In this document: positions 17,464 to 27,686 of the stretch, in pieces
Layout: each line of letters begins with the position of its first letter
Numbering within the stretch: the first letter of the stretch is position 1
Source of the DNA: a virus
Virus record (IMG/VR): IMGVR_UViG_3300025897_002116
Location: 8,953 to 72,952 of that record
Strand: one strand, 5' to 3'
DNA: 64,000 bases
The notes under the pieces: model-generated
The model's input: only the letters and a program-made list of their open reading frames with translations
Database searches by the model: none
Told to the model about the DNA's origin: nothing
Made by a program: the position numbers and the translations under genes

Positions 17464-18570
17464 TTAATCTAATTCTATAAATTTAAAGCCCGTTAAGTTT
17501 TCGTAAAGCTCTTCACCTTTAGATTTCATTGGTAATGGGTCTGATGAATTTTCCAAGCTTAGTAGATTCTGCGGGAGGTTAGGATGTATCTTCCGGAAAT
17601 AAGAATGTATTTTTTGAAGTTGATTATCCCCTATTTCTTTTCTTAACTTATGAATAATCATTGCTTGAAAAATATCAAACCATTTTTGATAAGTAAGATG
17701 AAGGAATCCGTTAAAATTGTAATCTAAGAATGATAAAAGAGTTTCCCTAGTTTTATCTTCTAGGGTATATTTTACCATTTCTTGGGTATCTTTATGTATT
17801 ACATTATACGTCAATGGGAAGGTTAGACCTTCAAGACTCACAGCATCATTGTTAACGCTATTATTTCTGTTGTCCACACTAAAGGGAATATTATTAAAGA
17901 AGACATGATTGTGTTTGTCCGATATTTGCAAATACTCTGAGTTTAGTTCTCTTAATTTAAAATGAAGCATGAGTTGATCTATAAAACATGGTCCATCAAT
18001 ATCTTGATCAATCACTTTTTTATGTTTACCGTAAAAATCTAAAACAAAATCACTGGCCTCTTTAAATAATTTAGGATTCCCTATATAAGCCAAATTCGTA
18101 TTAGGAATAGATGAAAAATCAAACGTATTTAATATTCCAGCAGGCATTTCGTCCTTTAATTTTGAAAATAATTTTGAATAACAATTATTTTCGTTTAATA
18201 TAAACTCAGTGCGATTTGAAGGACCTAAGTCTAGGTGACTAAACACATTAGAATTTTTGTATTCTCCTAGTTGAAATTTATCAAATAAGAGTGTATCTGT
18301 ATCTAAATGTAAGTATTGTTCCTCTATAGTGTTAAATACTTTAACTTTAGGAACAGACCAGCATTTTAAATCTTGCTGATTAATGGTTTTATCGTCTATA
18401 AAATCATATGGTAAGTTTAATTCTTCTACTTGCTTTCTAATCTTTGGTGTACAGTAGAAGGATATATTTCCGTAGTGTTTCTTTGCTAATATCGCACTAA
18501 GGTATTGAGTGTACAGAAGCTCTTTCCAAAGTACTTCGTGTTGATTAGCGTATGTATGTATTACTTTCAT
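17464..18570 (-). CDS. DUF6734-like protein
   Basis: MKVIHT, AKKHYG, W...K, YLHLDTD, PNTN. Confidence 0.6.
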   Translation of the reverse strand: MKVIHTYANQHEVLWKELLYTQYLSAILAKKHYGNISFYCTPKIRKQVEELNLPYDFIDDKTINQQDLKCWSVPKVKVFNTIEEQYLHLDTDTLLFDKFQLGEYKNSNVFSHLDLGPSNRTEFILNENNCYSKLFSKLKDEMPAGILNTFDFSSIPNTNLAYIGNPKLFKEASDFVLDFYGKHKKVIDQDIDGPCFIDQLMLHFKLRELNSEYLQISDKHNHVFFNNIPFSVDNRNNSVNNDAVSLEGLTFPLTYNVIHKDTQEMVKYTLEDKTRETLLSFLDYNFNGFLHLTYQKWFDIFQAMIIHKLRKEIGDNQLQKIHSYFRKIHPNLPQNLLSLENSSDPLPMKSKGEELYENLTGFKFIELD

Positions 18571-18574
18571 ATTA

Positions 18575-18868
18575 TTAAACCTTTACTGCTTCTAATAAGT
18601 GCCAGGTATCTATCTGCTGGTCGGCTAATTCTAGTTCATGGTAATGATCTAAACAGCTCTGTAAAGCATCTTCCCATTGTGATTGTAGTAGAGATACTTC
18701 AAACATTGTATCGGCATTATCAAAGGTTAGTTCAAATACTAAAGCTCTTTTAGTCCTGTTAATCATTGCATTTTCAATTGCCTTGAATATACTATCAGTT
18801 ACCTCTTTATTTTTGCTTTTAAAAGTAGCTTCAAAATCTGCTGTTGATTCAAAATGTAATTTTACCAT
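18575..18868 (-). CDS. hypothetical phage protein
   Basis: 97 aa ORF. Confidence 0.65.
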   Translation of the reverse strand: MVKLHFESTADFEATFKSKNKEVTDSIFKAIENAMINRTKRALVFELTFDNADTMFEVSLLQSQWEDALQSCLDHYHELELADQQIDTWHLLEAVKV

Positions 18869-18888
18869 TTTTTTGTGGTTAGTAGTAT

Positions 18889-19188
18889 TTAAACTTGAAG
18901 TGAACCTCTTTTGGAACTGTCCTCTACTTTTCCTGAGTTAGTGAATGGTACTATCGTGTTTGATCCCCAATTATAAACAGGGCCTAAATATTCTTCAGTA
19001 ACTTGACGAGCATTTGTACCTTTTACTACCTCTATAGGTGAGGTAATCCTTCTTAGTCCATTAAAAGCACGAAAATCTCTTTCAGTAACTCTATACCATT
19101 TTTCTCTTTTAGGCATATATACCTCTAGTAATCCATTTGGATTAAAATTCATCTCTAATTTTCCGGTTTCCCCTCTCTTTTCTGCCAT
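18889..19188 (-). CDS. hypothetical phage protein
   Basis: 99 aa ORF; promoter-like motif at 19186-19243. Confidence 0.65.
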   Translation of the reverse strand: MAEKRGETGKLEMNFNPNGLLEVYMPKREKWYRVTERDFRAFNGLRRITSPIEVVKGTNARQVTEEYLGPVYNWGSNTIVPFTNSGKVEDSSKRGSLQV

Positions 19189-19283
19189 AACCTTTATATA
19201 CTTTAGTCGTTAAATATAGTTAATAAATCGGAGAATTCCAACTCTTTATGTATATAAGTAGTATAGTGTTAAGTTTAATTACT

Positions 19284-19877
19284 TTAATTTAAAGCTAAAT
19301 TATAGCCACTAAACTGCACCATATACTCTTTAATTCCGGTTCCTAAACCATCTTTAAAATCTACACCGGTGCGCAGAAATTTCTTAACACTAGAAGGGCC
19401 TCCTAGATGAGCGGCTGCTAATAAACCGGAAGGGGTAATTTGCACTCCGTAAACTACTTTACCACTGTACCGTCCAATTTCGTTTTTTAGTACAGTGTTA
19501 TTGTGTATTAGTAACTTAAACATTGCTTCTTCTTGTATCCTAGGTGAATTTAAGAACTGAGAGTTTGTAACGTTTCTATATCCAAGGCCGTTTAAAGTCT
19601 TTCTACCAAATTGATATTTTCCTAAATATCCGAATTTGTTGATTGCTTTATAATTATTGGACGATTCTCTAGCTCCGATAGATTGCAAAAAATCATTATG
19701 AGATTTTATAGCAGGGTAATAGTTAATTACTTCAACTAGATTGTAATTTAAAGGTGTAATTTGTTTTTTTACTATATTAATACTTTCTAACTTACTGAGC
19801 GGTCTTTCCACATTGGCAAAAGCCATAATAACAAACATAGTTGTAGTCATAGCGATAAAAGTCAATAAATGTTTCAT
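19284..19877 (-). CDS. lysozyme-fold muralytic enzyme with N-terminal signal/anchor
   Basis: RESSNNY.AIN..GYLGKYQF, AAAHLGG; hydrophobic N-terminus. Confidence 0.75.
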   Translation of the reverse strand: MKHLLTFIAMTTTMFVIMAFANVERPLSKLESINIVKKQITPLNYNLVEVINYYPAIKSHNDFLQSIGARESSNNYKAINKFGYLGKYQFGRKTLNGLGYRNVTNSQFLNSPRIQEEAMFKLLIHNNTVLKNEIGRYSGKVVYGVQITPSGLLAAAHLGGPSSVKKFLRTGVDFKDGLGTGIKEYMVQFSGYNLALN

Positions 19878-19892
19878 GAGTTTTTGTTTAGG

Positions 19893-20042
19893 TTAAAATA
19901 GATCCAAGAATGATGTTCCGATCTCTTTTTTGCGCAACTTTTCATTACGTTCGTGCAGTTTTACTAAACTGTCTGCAACTTTACGTTCAACTGTTTTAGA
20001 TTTTTTGAACGTGGAAAACTTGATTATTTTGGTTTTTTCCAT
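19893..20042 (-). CDS. small basic protein (49 aa, MEKTKIIKF...SFLDLF)
   Basis: Manual translation; preceded by CTATTTAT. Confidence 0.55.
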   Translation of the reverse strand: MEKTKIIKFSTFKKSKTVERKVADSLVKLHERNEKLRKKEIGTSFLDLF

Positions 20043-20046
20043 GTTA

Positions 20047-20054
20047 ATAAATAG
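20047..20054 (-). promoter_or_regulatory. putative late promoter CTATTTAT
   Basis: Recurrent octamer upstream of transcription units. Confidence 0.55.
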
Positions 20055-20056
20055 CA

Positions 20057-20695
20057 TTAAATTCTTGAGATGTATTCATCACCGGGTTTGCTATTGTCCT
20101 GCGACCAAAGTCCTAGTTCTTTTAAGTGTTCTATGTGGTGCTCATCTAACTCCCAATCTACCTGTTCTGCTTTCTTATCCAGATAATCCTCCATTACCTC
20201 AACCTGCTGGTCTGTTATAGGAGAAGTAGCGTAAAGAAAAGAACAGTTATAGCATAAAAATTCTAAATTATCTAAATGCCAATTTTTTTTATCGCCATTT
20301 TTATGCTGTAGTATAAGAGGTACTTTTGTATCCAGAACTCTTCGTTCACTAAAAGAACAGTGAGCGCATTTTTCTTCAATTAGAGCTTCAAATATGATCC
20401 TTTGTTTTATTTTCTTTGGATCAAAATGTTCTGCTGGTACTCTACCTTCAAGTAAATCAAGAAGTGGTGGTTCCTTTCCTCCGTTGGTTAAAAACTTTGG
20501 AATACCTTTCCCTTCTTGGTTCATATGAATTTCCAATAAAGTTTTACCAGTTGCTTCATCTTTATAAAGCTTGGCATACTTTTTATAATGATTATAGGAT
20601 ACATTAAGGTACCTTGCTGCTGCTCTATTTGAACGAGTAACAGTTATAGCTCTCAACATAGCTTCTTTAGTCAATATTTTGGAAGGTCTTGGCAT
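20057..20695 (-). CDS. HTH plus HNH-like nuclease domain protein
   Basis: AAARYLNVSY; CAHC...HKNGD..N..LDNL..LCYNC. Confidence 0.75.
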   Translation of the reverse strand: MPRPSKILTKEAMLRAITVTRSNRAAARYLNVSYNHYKKYAKLYKDEATGKTLLEIHMNQEGKGIPKFLTNGGKEPPLLDLLEGRVPAEHFDPKKIKQRIIFEALIEEKCAHCSFSERRVLDTKVPLILQHKNGDKKNWHLDNLEFLCYNCSFLYATSPITDQQVEVMEDYLDKKAEQVDWELDEHHIEHLKELGLWSQDNSKPGDEYISRI

Positions 20696-20704
20696 TATGT
20701 AAGT

Positions 20705-21064
20705 CTATCTTTCTATTGAGTTAGGATTAAGCATATCATTGTCTTGAGAATCTTGTTCTAATTTTCTAGTCACTCTACCTTTTACGAATTGATCTGTCTG
20801 TTGATCATCTGTTTCAAAGTCTAAGACTTCTATCAATGCCTTTTGACCTGATAGTTCTGAAGCTCTTCTAGCTATTGCTACAGCTTGGTCGTGGTCCATA
20901 ATAATTAAACCATTATAAGTATCCTCACCATGGCCTTCTACAGTCGTGATACCTACTAAGGGTTTTACAGTGGAACAGTTTATACAAACTGCGTAACCTA
21001 ATTCTTTTCTCTTTAATGGAAAGTCGTTGCCGCACTTAGGGCATTCAATCATTTCTAATTGCAT
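20705..21064 (-). CDS. C4 zinc-finger protein (TraR/DksA-like finger)
   Basis: CPKC...R..LGY..CINC; promoter cassette at 21062-21130. Confidence 0.6.
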   Translation of the reverse strand: MQLEMIECPKCGNDFPLKRKELGYAVCINCSTVKPLVGITTVEGHGEDTYNGLIIMDHDQAVAIARRASELSGQKALIEVLDFETDDQQTDQFVKGRVTRKLEQDSQDNDMLNPNSIER

Positions 21065-21142
21065 ATCGTATAACCTTTTACATTTTAAATTTATACCTAA
21101 AGATAAGTAATAAAATTCAGAAAGGCAACTCTTTCTTAAACT

Positions 21143-21547
21143 TTATTTATTTATTTTATTTATTACATTCCAGACGTCTTCTGGTTTCTTAAAATCGACC
21201 TCTTTTTGTTTTTTATCTACATTTATAGTTATTTTACCGTTCCAATCCATATCGGGCATGAGTTGGTATAGGTACGTATTAATTAGAGTGTACTGCTCTT
21301 TTGAGAACGACATTCTAAATAAGTTCTCTATAACATCGAAGAATTGATCTTCGTAGACAGTCATATCTAACCCTATCTCAGTTTCCATAAAATCTCTTCT
21401 TTCTTCTATTTTACGAAGGCCGTCTAAAATTTGTACAAAGAGTTTTTTGTTCATAGTTTCTGCACTAAGTGGTTTTTGTGTTATCCGGTAAGAAATTTTG
21501 TGGGCAGAAAATAGTACTTGGCGAATCCTTTTTTTTGGTTCAATCAT
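21143..21547 (-). CDS. hypothetical phage protein
   Basis: Start revised to ATG at 21547. Confidence 0.65.
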   Translation of the reverse strand: MIEPKKRIRQVLFSAHKISYRITQKPLSAETMNKKLFVQILDGLRKIEERRDFMETEIGLDMTVYEDQFFDVIENLFRMSFSKEQYTLINTYLYQLMPDMDWNGKITINVDKKQKEVDFKKPEDVWNVINKINK

Positions 21548-21599
21548 AATAATCCACTTTAATAGTTTATTGTCACCGTTATAACCTTTAGGTTTAAAT

Positions 21600-21986
21600 T
21601 TAAACTTGTCCTGGATCAGCTCCAGTATCACCTTGATCAGGATTCTCTCCTGCTAAAGCTTTACGAATAATTCTATCAAAGTATTCAATGTAAATAAAGA
21701 AACCAATTATTGTCTTGTCTTTCAAGTTTCTATCTCTTTCAACTCTCATATCAAATTCACCTAATCCTTTTTCAAGTCTAGTTTCTAATTCAATAGCGAT
21801 GTCGTTTTGTTGGGTTGGAGTTATAGAACCAAATTCTGTAGGAATAAATTGAATTTTCACTCCTTTTTTCTGAGGGTCTTCATTTGTATCTACTTTTAGT
21901 AGAAAGGAATGTCCAGCAAATTTAATTTTGGCAGCTTCGGTTATAACTTCTTTTACTAATTTTTCTAAATGGGTTAATTGCTTCAT
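21600..21986 (-). CDS. hypothetical (possibly virion) protein
   Basis: MKQLTHLEKLVKEVITE-type N-terminus; CTATTTAT at 22022-22029. Confidence 0.65.
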   Translation of the reverse strand: MKQLTHLEKLVKEVITEAAKIKFAGHSFLLKVDTNEDPQKKGVKIQFIPTEFGSITPTQQNDIAIELETRLEKGLGEFDMRVERDRNLKDKTIIGFFIYIEYFDRIIRKALAGENPDQGDTGADPGQV

Positions 21987-22029
21987 ATTATAAAGATAGG
22001 TAATTAAATTCAATTATACAAATAAATAG

Positions 22030-22203
22030 TTAACCAAATAGCATTTTCTTTTGTTTTGCATTATTTTCATTCAAGATTTGGTGATTTACTATCTTTCTAT
22101 TACGACAATATTGGTCAATTGTCCATACTAAATCATCAGTATTAAATTCTACCTCTTCTTTTGTTCCGTTGAGGTACGTAAATTCTATTATATATTTTTT
22201 CAT
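22030..22203 (-). CDS. small hypothetical protein (57 aa)
   Basis: Manual translation MKKYIIEFTY...KKMLFG. Confidence 0.55.
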   Translation of the reverse strand: MKKYIIEFTYLNGTKEEVEFNTDDLVWTIDQYCRNRKIVNHQILNENNAKQKKMLFG

Positions 22204-22205
22204 AT

Positions 22206-22997
22206 CTAAAAAGTTATTCCTTTAATTTCTTGACCAATCGGTCTATGTGAATTATTTTTGTACCGGGTTGGCGGTGTTCCCCACTTATAAATATACGTCT
22301 CTGCTGCTGGACCTTCTGTTGCCTTAAACGCTGTACCTTCCTTACCGTTTTTTGTTGCTGAGGAGCCGAAGTGGTAAAAATGTGCTTGATGAGTTCTGAT
22401 AAAAGTCATTCCTTTAAGGTCTAATTTTAAAAAGAAATCCCAATCACATATAAATGGAGATTTATAGAGTGTATCGAATCCTCCAACGATCATGTAGTCT
22501 ATCTTTTGCATAGCAAAAGGAAAAATTCCTCCATCATTAGTAGTCTTCACCTCACTAATACTTTTTTCATACTTAAGAAATCCTTCGTAGTCAAAGGTAC
22601 TGGGTGTACGACCTAAATCCTTTGCAGGAAAGTTAAAAATCCCAGGTCCTTCTGGTTCAATCTGATTAATAGTAAGAACTGTATTAGTGAGTTCTGTTTG
22701 CTCTATGACTGTATCCCAGCCTTTACTTAGAACATTGTCATCATTTATAATACATATTTTTTTATTTTTTGCATTATATACTCCAAGGTTTAAAGCCATC
22801 TGCATTCCTTGATTATCAGCTAGTGGAAGCACATTAATGCTGTCTTTATATCTGTTCAGTATATGTTTGCTCTCTTCTACAAATCCATCTACAATTACTA
22901 TTATTTCATTTTTATTATCTTGACCTTCGAGAGCAGATCTTAAGCATATATCCAAAAACTCAGGATTTCTATAGGTAGGTATTATTAAACTAATCAT
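22206..22997 (-). CDS. glycosyltransferase family 2
   Basis: ISLIIPTY, IVDG, NLG, INDD, GGFD, DWDF. Confidence 0.9.
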   Translation of the reverse strand: MISLIIPTYRNPEFLDICLRSALEGQDNKNEIIVIVDGFVEESKHILNRYKDSINVLPLADNQGMQMALNLGVYNAKNKKICIINDDNVLSKGWDTVIEQTELTNTVLTINQIEPEGPGIFNFPAKDLGRTPSTFDYEGFLKYEKSISEVKTTNDGGIFPFAMQKIDYMIVGGFDTLYKSPFICDWDFFLKLDLKGMTFIRTHQAHFYHFGSSATKNGKEGTAFKATEGPAAETYIYKWGTPPTRYKNNSHRPIGQEIKGITF

Positions 22998-23997
22998 TTT
23001 TCCAAAATTTATAAATTCCTTTTTCTAATTCATATTTTTCCCATACAAATCTATCTTGCATAGGTTGGTGATTTGCCCAAATCCACATTTTTTCTAAACC
23101 ATCTCTCAATGTAGTTGTAAATTTAAAATCTAATAAATCAATAGATTTTTGAAAGGTTGGTATTGAATGTTTTACTTCATGTCTTGCTTCTAAGTACCTA
23201 AATTTATCCTCAGTTCCAATTACGGATTTAAGAGTATTAGCAGCTTCCTCTATTGATATTTCCTCAACACCTCCTAAGTTAATAATTTGTTTTGATGTTT
23301 GTTCCCTTACAGCAGCATTCCATAAAGGCTCTAATATATCATCTATAAAACTAAATGCCCTAGTTTGTGAACCATCTCCAAATATAGTCATTTGTTCCTG
23401 ATTGATATACTGGTACATCCATATGCCTAGTACATTTCTATACTTGTCCCATATATTTTGTTTAATACCGTAAACATTATGGGGTCTTATTATACAGTAA
23501 TCTAATCCGTGCTGTTCGTTTGCAATTTGGATATCCATTTCACAGGCATATTTTGCTACACCGTATGGGTCAATAGGCTTAGGTACTTGTTTTTCGTCAA
23601 ATATGCCACCATACCCATGACCGTATACAGCAAGTGTTGATGTAAATACTAGCCGTTTAACGTCGTTTTTAATACATTCATTGACTATACGTGCTGTAAC
23701 CTTTAAGTTGTTATCATAGTTAAAGCAGCGAATAAAAGGTGATAATCCTTCTGCTGCATAGGCAGCAAAGTGAAACACATAATCAAACTTATGAACTTCA
23801 AAGCAGTTCTCAATAGGGTGATCTACTAAGTTCATTTGCCAAAATGTAACTTTAGGGTGTACATTAGTTTTATACCCCCCACTTAGATCATCAATACCTA
23901 CTACTTCATATTCTGGTTTATTTTCTATAATCCAATCTGCTAGTCTGCTTCCTAGTAGTCCTGCTACTCCTGTAATTAGTATTGTTTTCTTACTCAT
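22990..23997 (-). CDS. NAD-dependent nucleotide-sugar epimerase/dehydratase
   Basis: TGVAGLLGS, HFAA, YGVAK, RPHNVYG, GDGSQTRAF. Confidence 0.92.
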   Translation of the reverse strand: MSKKTILITGVAGLLGSRLADWIIENKPEYEVVGIDDLSGGYKTNVHPKVTFWQMNLVDHPIENCFEVHKFDYVFHFAAYAAEGLSPFIRCFNYDNNLKVTARIVNECIKNDVKRLVFTSTLAVYGHGYGGIFDEKQVPKPIDPYGVAKYACEMDIQIANEQHGLDYCIIRPHNVYGIKQNIWDKYRNVLGIWMYQYINQEQMTIFGDGSQTRAFSFIDDILEPLWNAAVREQTSKQIINLGGVEEISIEEAANTLKSVIGTEDKFRYLEARHEVKHSIPTFQKSIDLLDFKFTTTLRDGLEKMWIWANHQPMQDRFVWEKYELEKGIYKFWKND

Positions 23998-24698
23998 ATC
24001 TTATCCCAATTTGTTAAAGGTGCTAGCCAAGCTGTTTCTCCGTGAGTTGCGTAACCTGGAAGTGGTGTTACTAATAATTCGTTTTTCTCTCTAAGTTCTG
24101 TAAACATATTAAAGTCATTAGGATATGTACCGATTGTATGCTTTTTCATTATTTCGTTTACTTTCTTTAATGTTTTAACTCTAGCAGCAAATGTCATTGT
24201 GGTACTGTTAGTTATCTTCCAATGTACACTATCCGTTAAGTACACTCTAGTATCTTCTGCGTTACCTTTACAGTAAGGGTTACCACCTTTTGATGGATCT
24301 AAATACTTATCGGGGTGGTCATATAAAGATACGAAACTTGCTCCTAATAAAAAACCTTCTTCCAATATTTTTTTACTATCAGGTTTATGTAAGTAGTCAT
24401 TTTCAATAAAATAGACTATCTCTTCATTATCAAACTTTAAAGCTTCATTTAATCCAATATTAAAAGTACCAGCTCCATGTCCTATAGAAACATACTTAAT
24501 TGTTACATTTTTCAAAAACGGAGTCTTTGTATACTTATAAAGCATATGGTTTGTTTCCTCTGAGGTATCATCGGCTATGATAATCCATTCTGCATCTTTA
24601 AATTCTTTTACTGCATTTTTTAAGCAGTTTTCATTGTTAATGTAATCTGGTTTAACTTTATTGTATCCGCTATCTGAAATTCTATATATTACTTTCAT
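23994..24698 (-). CDS. GT-A fold glycosyltransferase
   Basis: IIADD, YFIENDYLH. Confidence 0.7.
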   Translation of the reverse strand: MKVIYRISDSGYNKVKPDYINNENCLKNAVKEFKDAEWIIIADDTSEETNHMLYKYTKTPFLKNVTIKYVSIGHGAGTFNIGLNEALKFDNEEIVYFIENDYLHKPDSKKILEEGFLLGASFVSLYDHPDKYLDPSKGGNPYCKGNAEDTRVYLTDSVHWKITNSTTMTFAARVKTLKKVNEIMKKHTIGTYPNDFNMFTELREKNELLVTPLPGYATHGETAWLAPLTNWDKI

Positions 24699-25447
24699 TT
24701 TAAAAGCTTTATTAGAGCGTCCTGCATTCTTTTTTCATCTGATCTCTGTTTAACTCTATATTCAATCTCTCCAGGTCCTCCATCTATATAAATGTTAGGG
24801 AGGTGATGAATAAGATTATCTTCAAAATCTGATATGCATATTAGTTTTTTCATTCCGGCATGTCCATATATGTCTGTATTAGTTTTACATTTAACACTAA
24901 AATGATCATTAGAGAAAAATTGAGTAAAATCTTTTTCTGACTTAATTTTTAATAATTGCTCTTTTGATAAGATAAAGGAGGCTTGATGAATGTTTGTAAA
25001 GTGTGCAAATTTCTTGCCGTTATACTCTTCTACCGAATTATAATCCCAGTCGTAGATCCAATGATAGGCAGGGTAGTAACGCCCTGTATGGTTCTGTTCG
25101 TACTGTATCAATCCTGCTATTCTATCTTGAGGTAGTATTTTTGTGTACTCTATAAACTTATCAACGTGGTGTTCTTTCCATAAATGGTCATTCTCAGAAA
25201 AAATAAAGTAATCAAAATTATTTGATTCTTGATTAATCATCTGACGGCATGTCATAGGTAGAAGCTGGTAATCTTCTAGTTCTATTTTATTTACCAGATC
25301 AATTCCTTTTATAGAAGGAAGATCTATATTTGAATGAACGACTACGGTGATTTCGTACTTCTTAAAAGACTTTAACTCCGCTACTACCTGTTGTAGGTAA
25401 TTTAGTTGCTCCTCACCAAAATTTACTAAAACTGCTAATATTCTCAT
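24695..25447 (-). CDS. putative GT-A glycosyltransferase
   Basis: FIFSENDH motif; cluster context. Confidence 0.55.
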   Translation of the reverse strand: MRILAVLVNFGEEQLNYLQQVVAELKSFKKYEITVVVHSNIDLPSIKGIDLVNKIELEDYQLLPMTCRQMINQESNNFDYFIFSENDHLWKEHHVDKFIEYTKILPQDRIAGLIQYEQNHTGRYYPAYHWIYDWDYNSVEEYNGKKFAHFTNIHQASFILSKEQLLKIKSEKDFTQFFSNDHFSVKCKTNTDIYGHAGMKKLICISDFEDNLIHHLPNIYIDGGPGEIEYRVKQRSDEKRMQDALIKLLK

Positions 25448-25454
25448 AACTTAC

Positions 25455-26240
25455 CTACCATCTATTTTTTACTTCTTTGATTAAGCTTTTATAGGAATTA
25501 AATCCTAATATGTTTGCTCCACTGAGGAGTTTTAACCATGAATCTGTTTTCCAGATACCTCTTCCTGCTCCTATTCCTTGGGGGCTGTCAAATATCATTA
25601 CATCTCCTCCAAAATAAGAAGCAATACATGCATTTCCTCCCGATACTGTTATATGTCTTTCTGATGAGGCTTCTATCGTAAACTGTAATGTATTATAGCT
25701 CATATCTGGGTACATTCTTGTAAAGTCTTCTATGGTGTATACTTCCGGATGTTCCTTTTTTATAAACGCATAGTCTTCAAACTCTTTAATTTCGTTTTCA
25801 TCAGTGTAATAGTCCTTAGCTTTACCTGTAGGTCTTATATATACAATATCGTATTTTTCTTTTAAATATCCAAATAATTCACCTAGTACTTCTATTGTAA
25901 AATAGTTAAATACACCTTGTGACCACTCTAATGCAAATTTATTTTGAATAACTACAACAGGTTTATTGAAACTAATCTTATTTTTGAAATGGTCTTTAAT
26001 CGGCGGTGGGGACCATTGAGATTCTGTGTAATAAGGAGGTTCTAAATTATATGAAACAGTATCATTAATCGCATCGAATCTTTCTACTTCTTCTACATCC
26101 GAACTAAAATAGTAAACAGATTTTAATCCTGGTTTGCATTTTACCTGGTAAGGTAAATTAATATTTTGGAAGTAATAAGCTTTAGGTAGAGATTTAATCA
26201 TATCCCAAGTAAACTCATGAAACTCTTCTACTACTTTCAT
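25455..26240 (-). CDS. putative glycosyltransferase (GT-B-like)
   Basis: YIRP, HITVSGG..CIASYFG; cluster context. Confidence 0.5.
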   Translation of the reverse strand: MKVVEEFHEFTWDMIKSLPKAYYFQNINLPYQVKCKPGLKSVYYFSSDVEEVERFDAINDTVSYNLEPPYYTESQWSPPPIKDHFKNKISFNKPVVVIQNKFALEWSQGVFNYFTIEVLGELFGYLKEKYDIVYIRPTGKAKDYYTDENEIKEFEDYAFIKKEHPEVYTIEDFTRMYPDMSYNTLQFTIEASSERHITVSGGNACIASYFGGDVMIFDSPQGIGAGRGIWKTDSWLKLLSGANILGFNSYKSLIKEVKNRW

Positions 26241-26860
26241 TTATTTAAATTTAAACTCTTATGATAACCTCTTGTTGCCTTGCCTACATATGGATCAAAT
26301 ACACTCCCTACATCTATATATGTGTTTGTCTTATTTTCTTTCCATAATTCGTGTATGAAGACATTTGTTGCCATTCCAGCTGAGAAGCAATACACTTTCT
26401 GTTTATCGTCAAATGTGCTTCTAACTAAGTTTAACAATGCCTCTCTCTGTAGCCAAACATTATTTTGAGGAATAGTTATAAATTCTGTTACAAATGAAAG
26501 TTTTTTTAGATCTTGATTACCAATATAGGTTACCCATTTATTTTTTAATGTCTCAATAAGAGGTTGAAGATTTCCTTGCATACTAGCTTTATGAAATATA
26601 TCAGCATCTATCCAGTCTTGATAGTATTTCTCAACGTCTGAGTCTAGATTAAAAGTTTTGTAATCTTGTGCTCCTAATATGTAATCTTGTTTTACACTAA
26701 CTATTTCTTTTAACGCATCTCCTAAGTCCGGGTAGTATATATTACCATCACAGTTGGCTCCTTTAAGTTTTCTAATATTATACCATTCTCCATCTCCCCA
26801 ACGTGTTAGGGCAAAAGGTTGGTTTGTTTCTAATTTAAAAAGTATATCTTTAAGTGTCAT
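26237..26860 (-). CDS. GT-D fold (DUF1792-like) glycosyltransferase
   Basis: RWGDGE and IDVGS motifs. Confidence 0.7.
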   Translation of the reverse strand: MTLKDILFKLETNQPFALTRWGDGEWYNIRKLKGANCDGNIYYPDLGDALKEIVSVKQDYILGAQDYKTFNLDSDVEKYYQDWIDADIFHKASMQGNLQPLIETLKNKWVTYIGNQDLKKLSFVTEFITIPQNNVWLQREALLNLVRSTFDDKQKVYCFSAGMATNVFIHELWKENKTNTYIDVGSVFDPYVGKATRGYHKSLNLNK

Positions 26861-27686
26861 TACTTTCGCTAATTGCTCTACCTTTGCTTTTCTCCCAGTC
26901 TTTTTCTGGTCTAACCTCTAGGTTTGTTTTCCAACCTCCTTTGATAGTATGCAAGGGACTATCTAATTTATCAGCTAATGTAATTAATGCATTTACATCC
27001 TTAGGGAAACATGTTCCTCCGTATCCTAGTTTTCCATCTGGGCCAGGTACATGTAGGTGACTATCTCCTATTCTCCCGTCTGAAGCGAAGCCGTATAATG
27101 CATCATTCCAGTTAGCACCTAGCTTGTCTGATAGTACTTTAAATTCATTTACTATGGAAACCTTAGTAGCAAAAAAAGTATTATTCATATATTTAATTAG
27201 TTCGGCGGTAATATAATCAGTTTGAATTATATGTCTATTTCTAAATCTCTGCTCAAATAGCTGTGTTACTTTAGAACACAGATCTTTAGGTCCTCCGAAA
27301 ATAATTCTTGCTTGAGTCAACATATCTAATTTAGCGGTTCTCTCAGTGAGAAACTCCGGACTAAATACTATATTAATTTTAGGGTACTTCTTTGAGAGAG
27401 CTAATGTAGTACCGGGTAGTACAGTGGATTTAAGTATATAGATAGGACCTTCTGCAGCATCTTCAAATACTCTATCTACATAGGATGTGTCTTGAGATCC
27501 ATCTTTAAACATTGGGGTTGGTACACAAACAAAAATAAAATCGCATTGATCTATCTCCTCTTTTGTGTGAGTAGTTTTTAAAGGATCTAAATCATAGATT
27601 CTTAAATCAGTTGTTGGGGAGAAAGCAAATGCTTGACTCTCTCCTACAAACCCATTTCCTATCACTCCTACTTTAAATTTTTCCAT
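26850..27686 (-). CDS. UDP-glucose/GDP-mannose dehydrogenase family protein
   Basis: IGNGFVG, CVPTP, KSTVLPGT, SPEFL, AELIKY, GYGGTCFPKD. Confidence 0.92.
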   Translation of the reverse strand: MEKFKVGVIGNGFVGESQAFAFSPTTDLRIYDLDPLKTTHTKEEIDQCDFIFVCVPTPMFKDGSQDTSYVDRVFEDAAEGPIYILKSTVLPGTTLALSKKYPKINIVFSPEFLTERTAKLDMLTQARIIFGGPKDLCSKVTQLFEQRFRNRHIIQTDYITAELIKYMNNTFFATKVSIVNEFKVLSDKLGANWNDALYGFASDGRIGDSHLHVPGPDGKLGYGGTCFPKDVNALITLADKLDSPLHTIKGGWKTNLEVRPEKDWEKSKGRAISESNDT

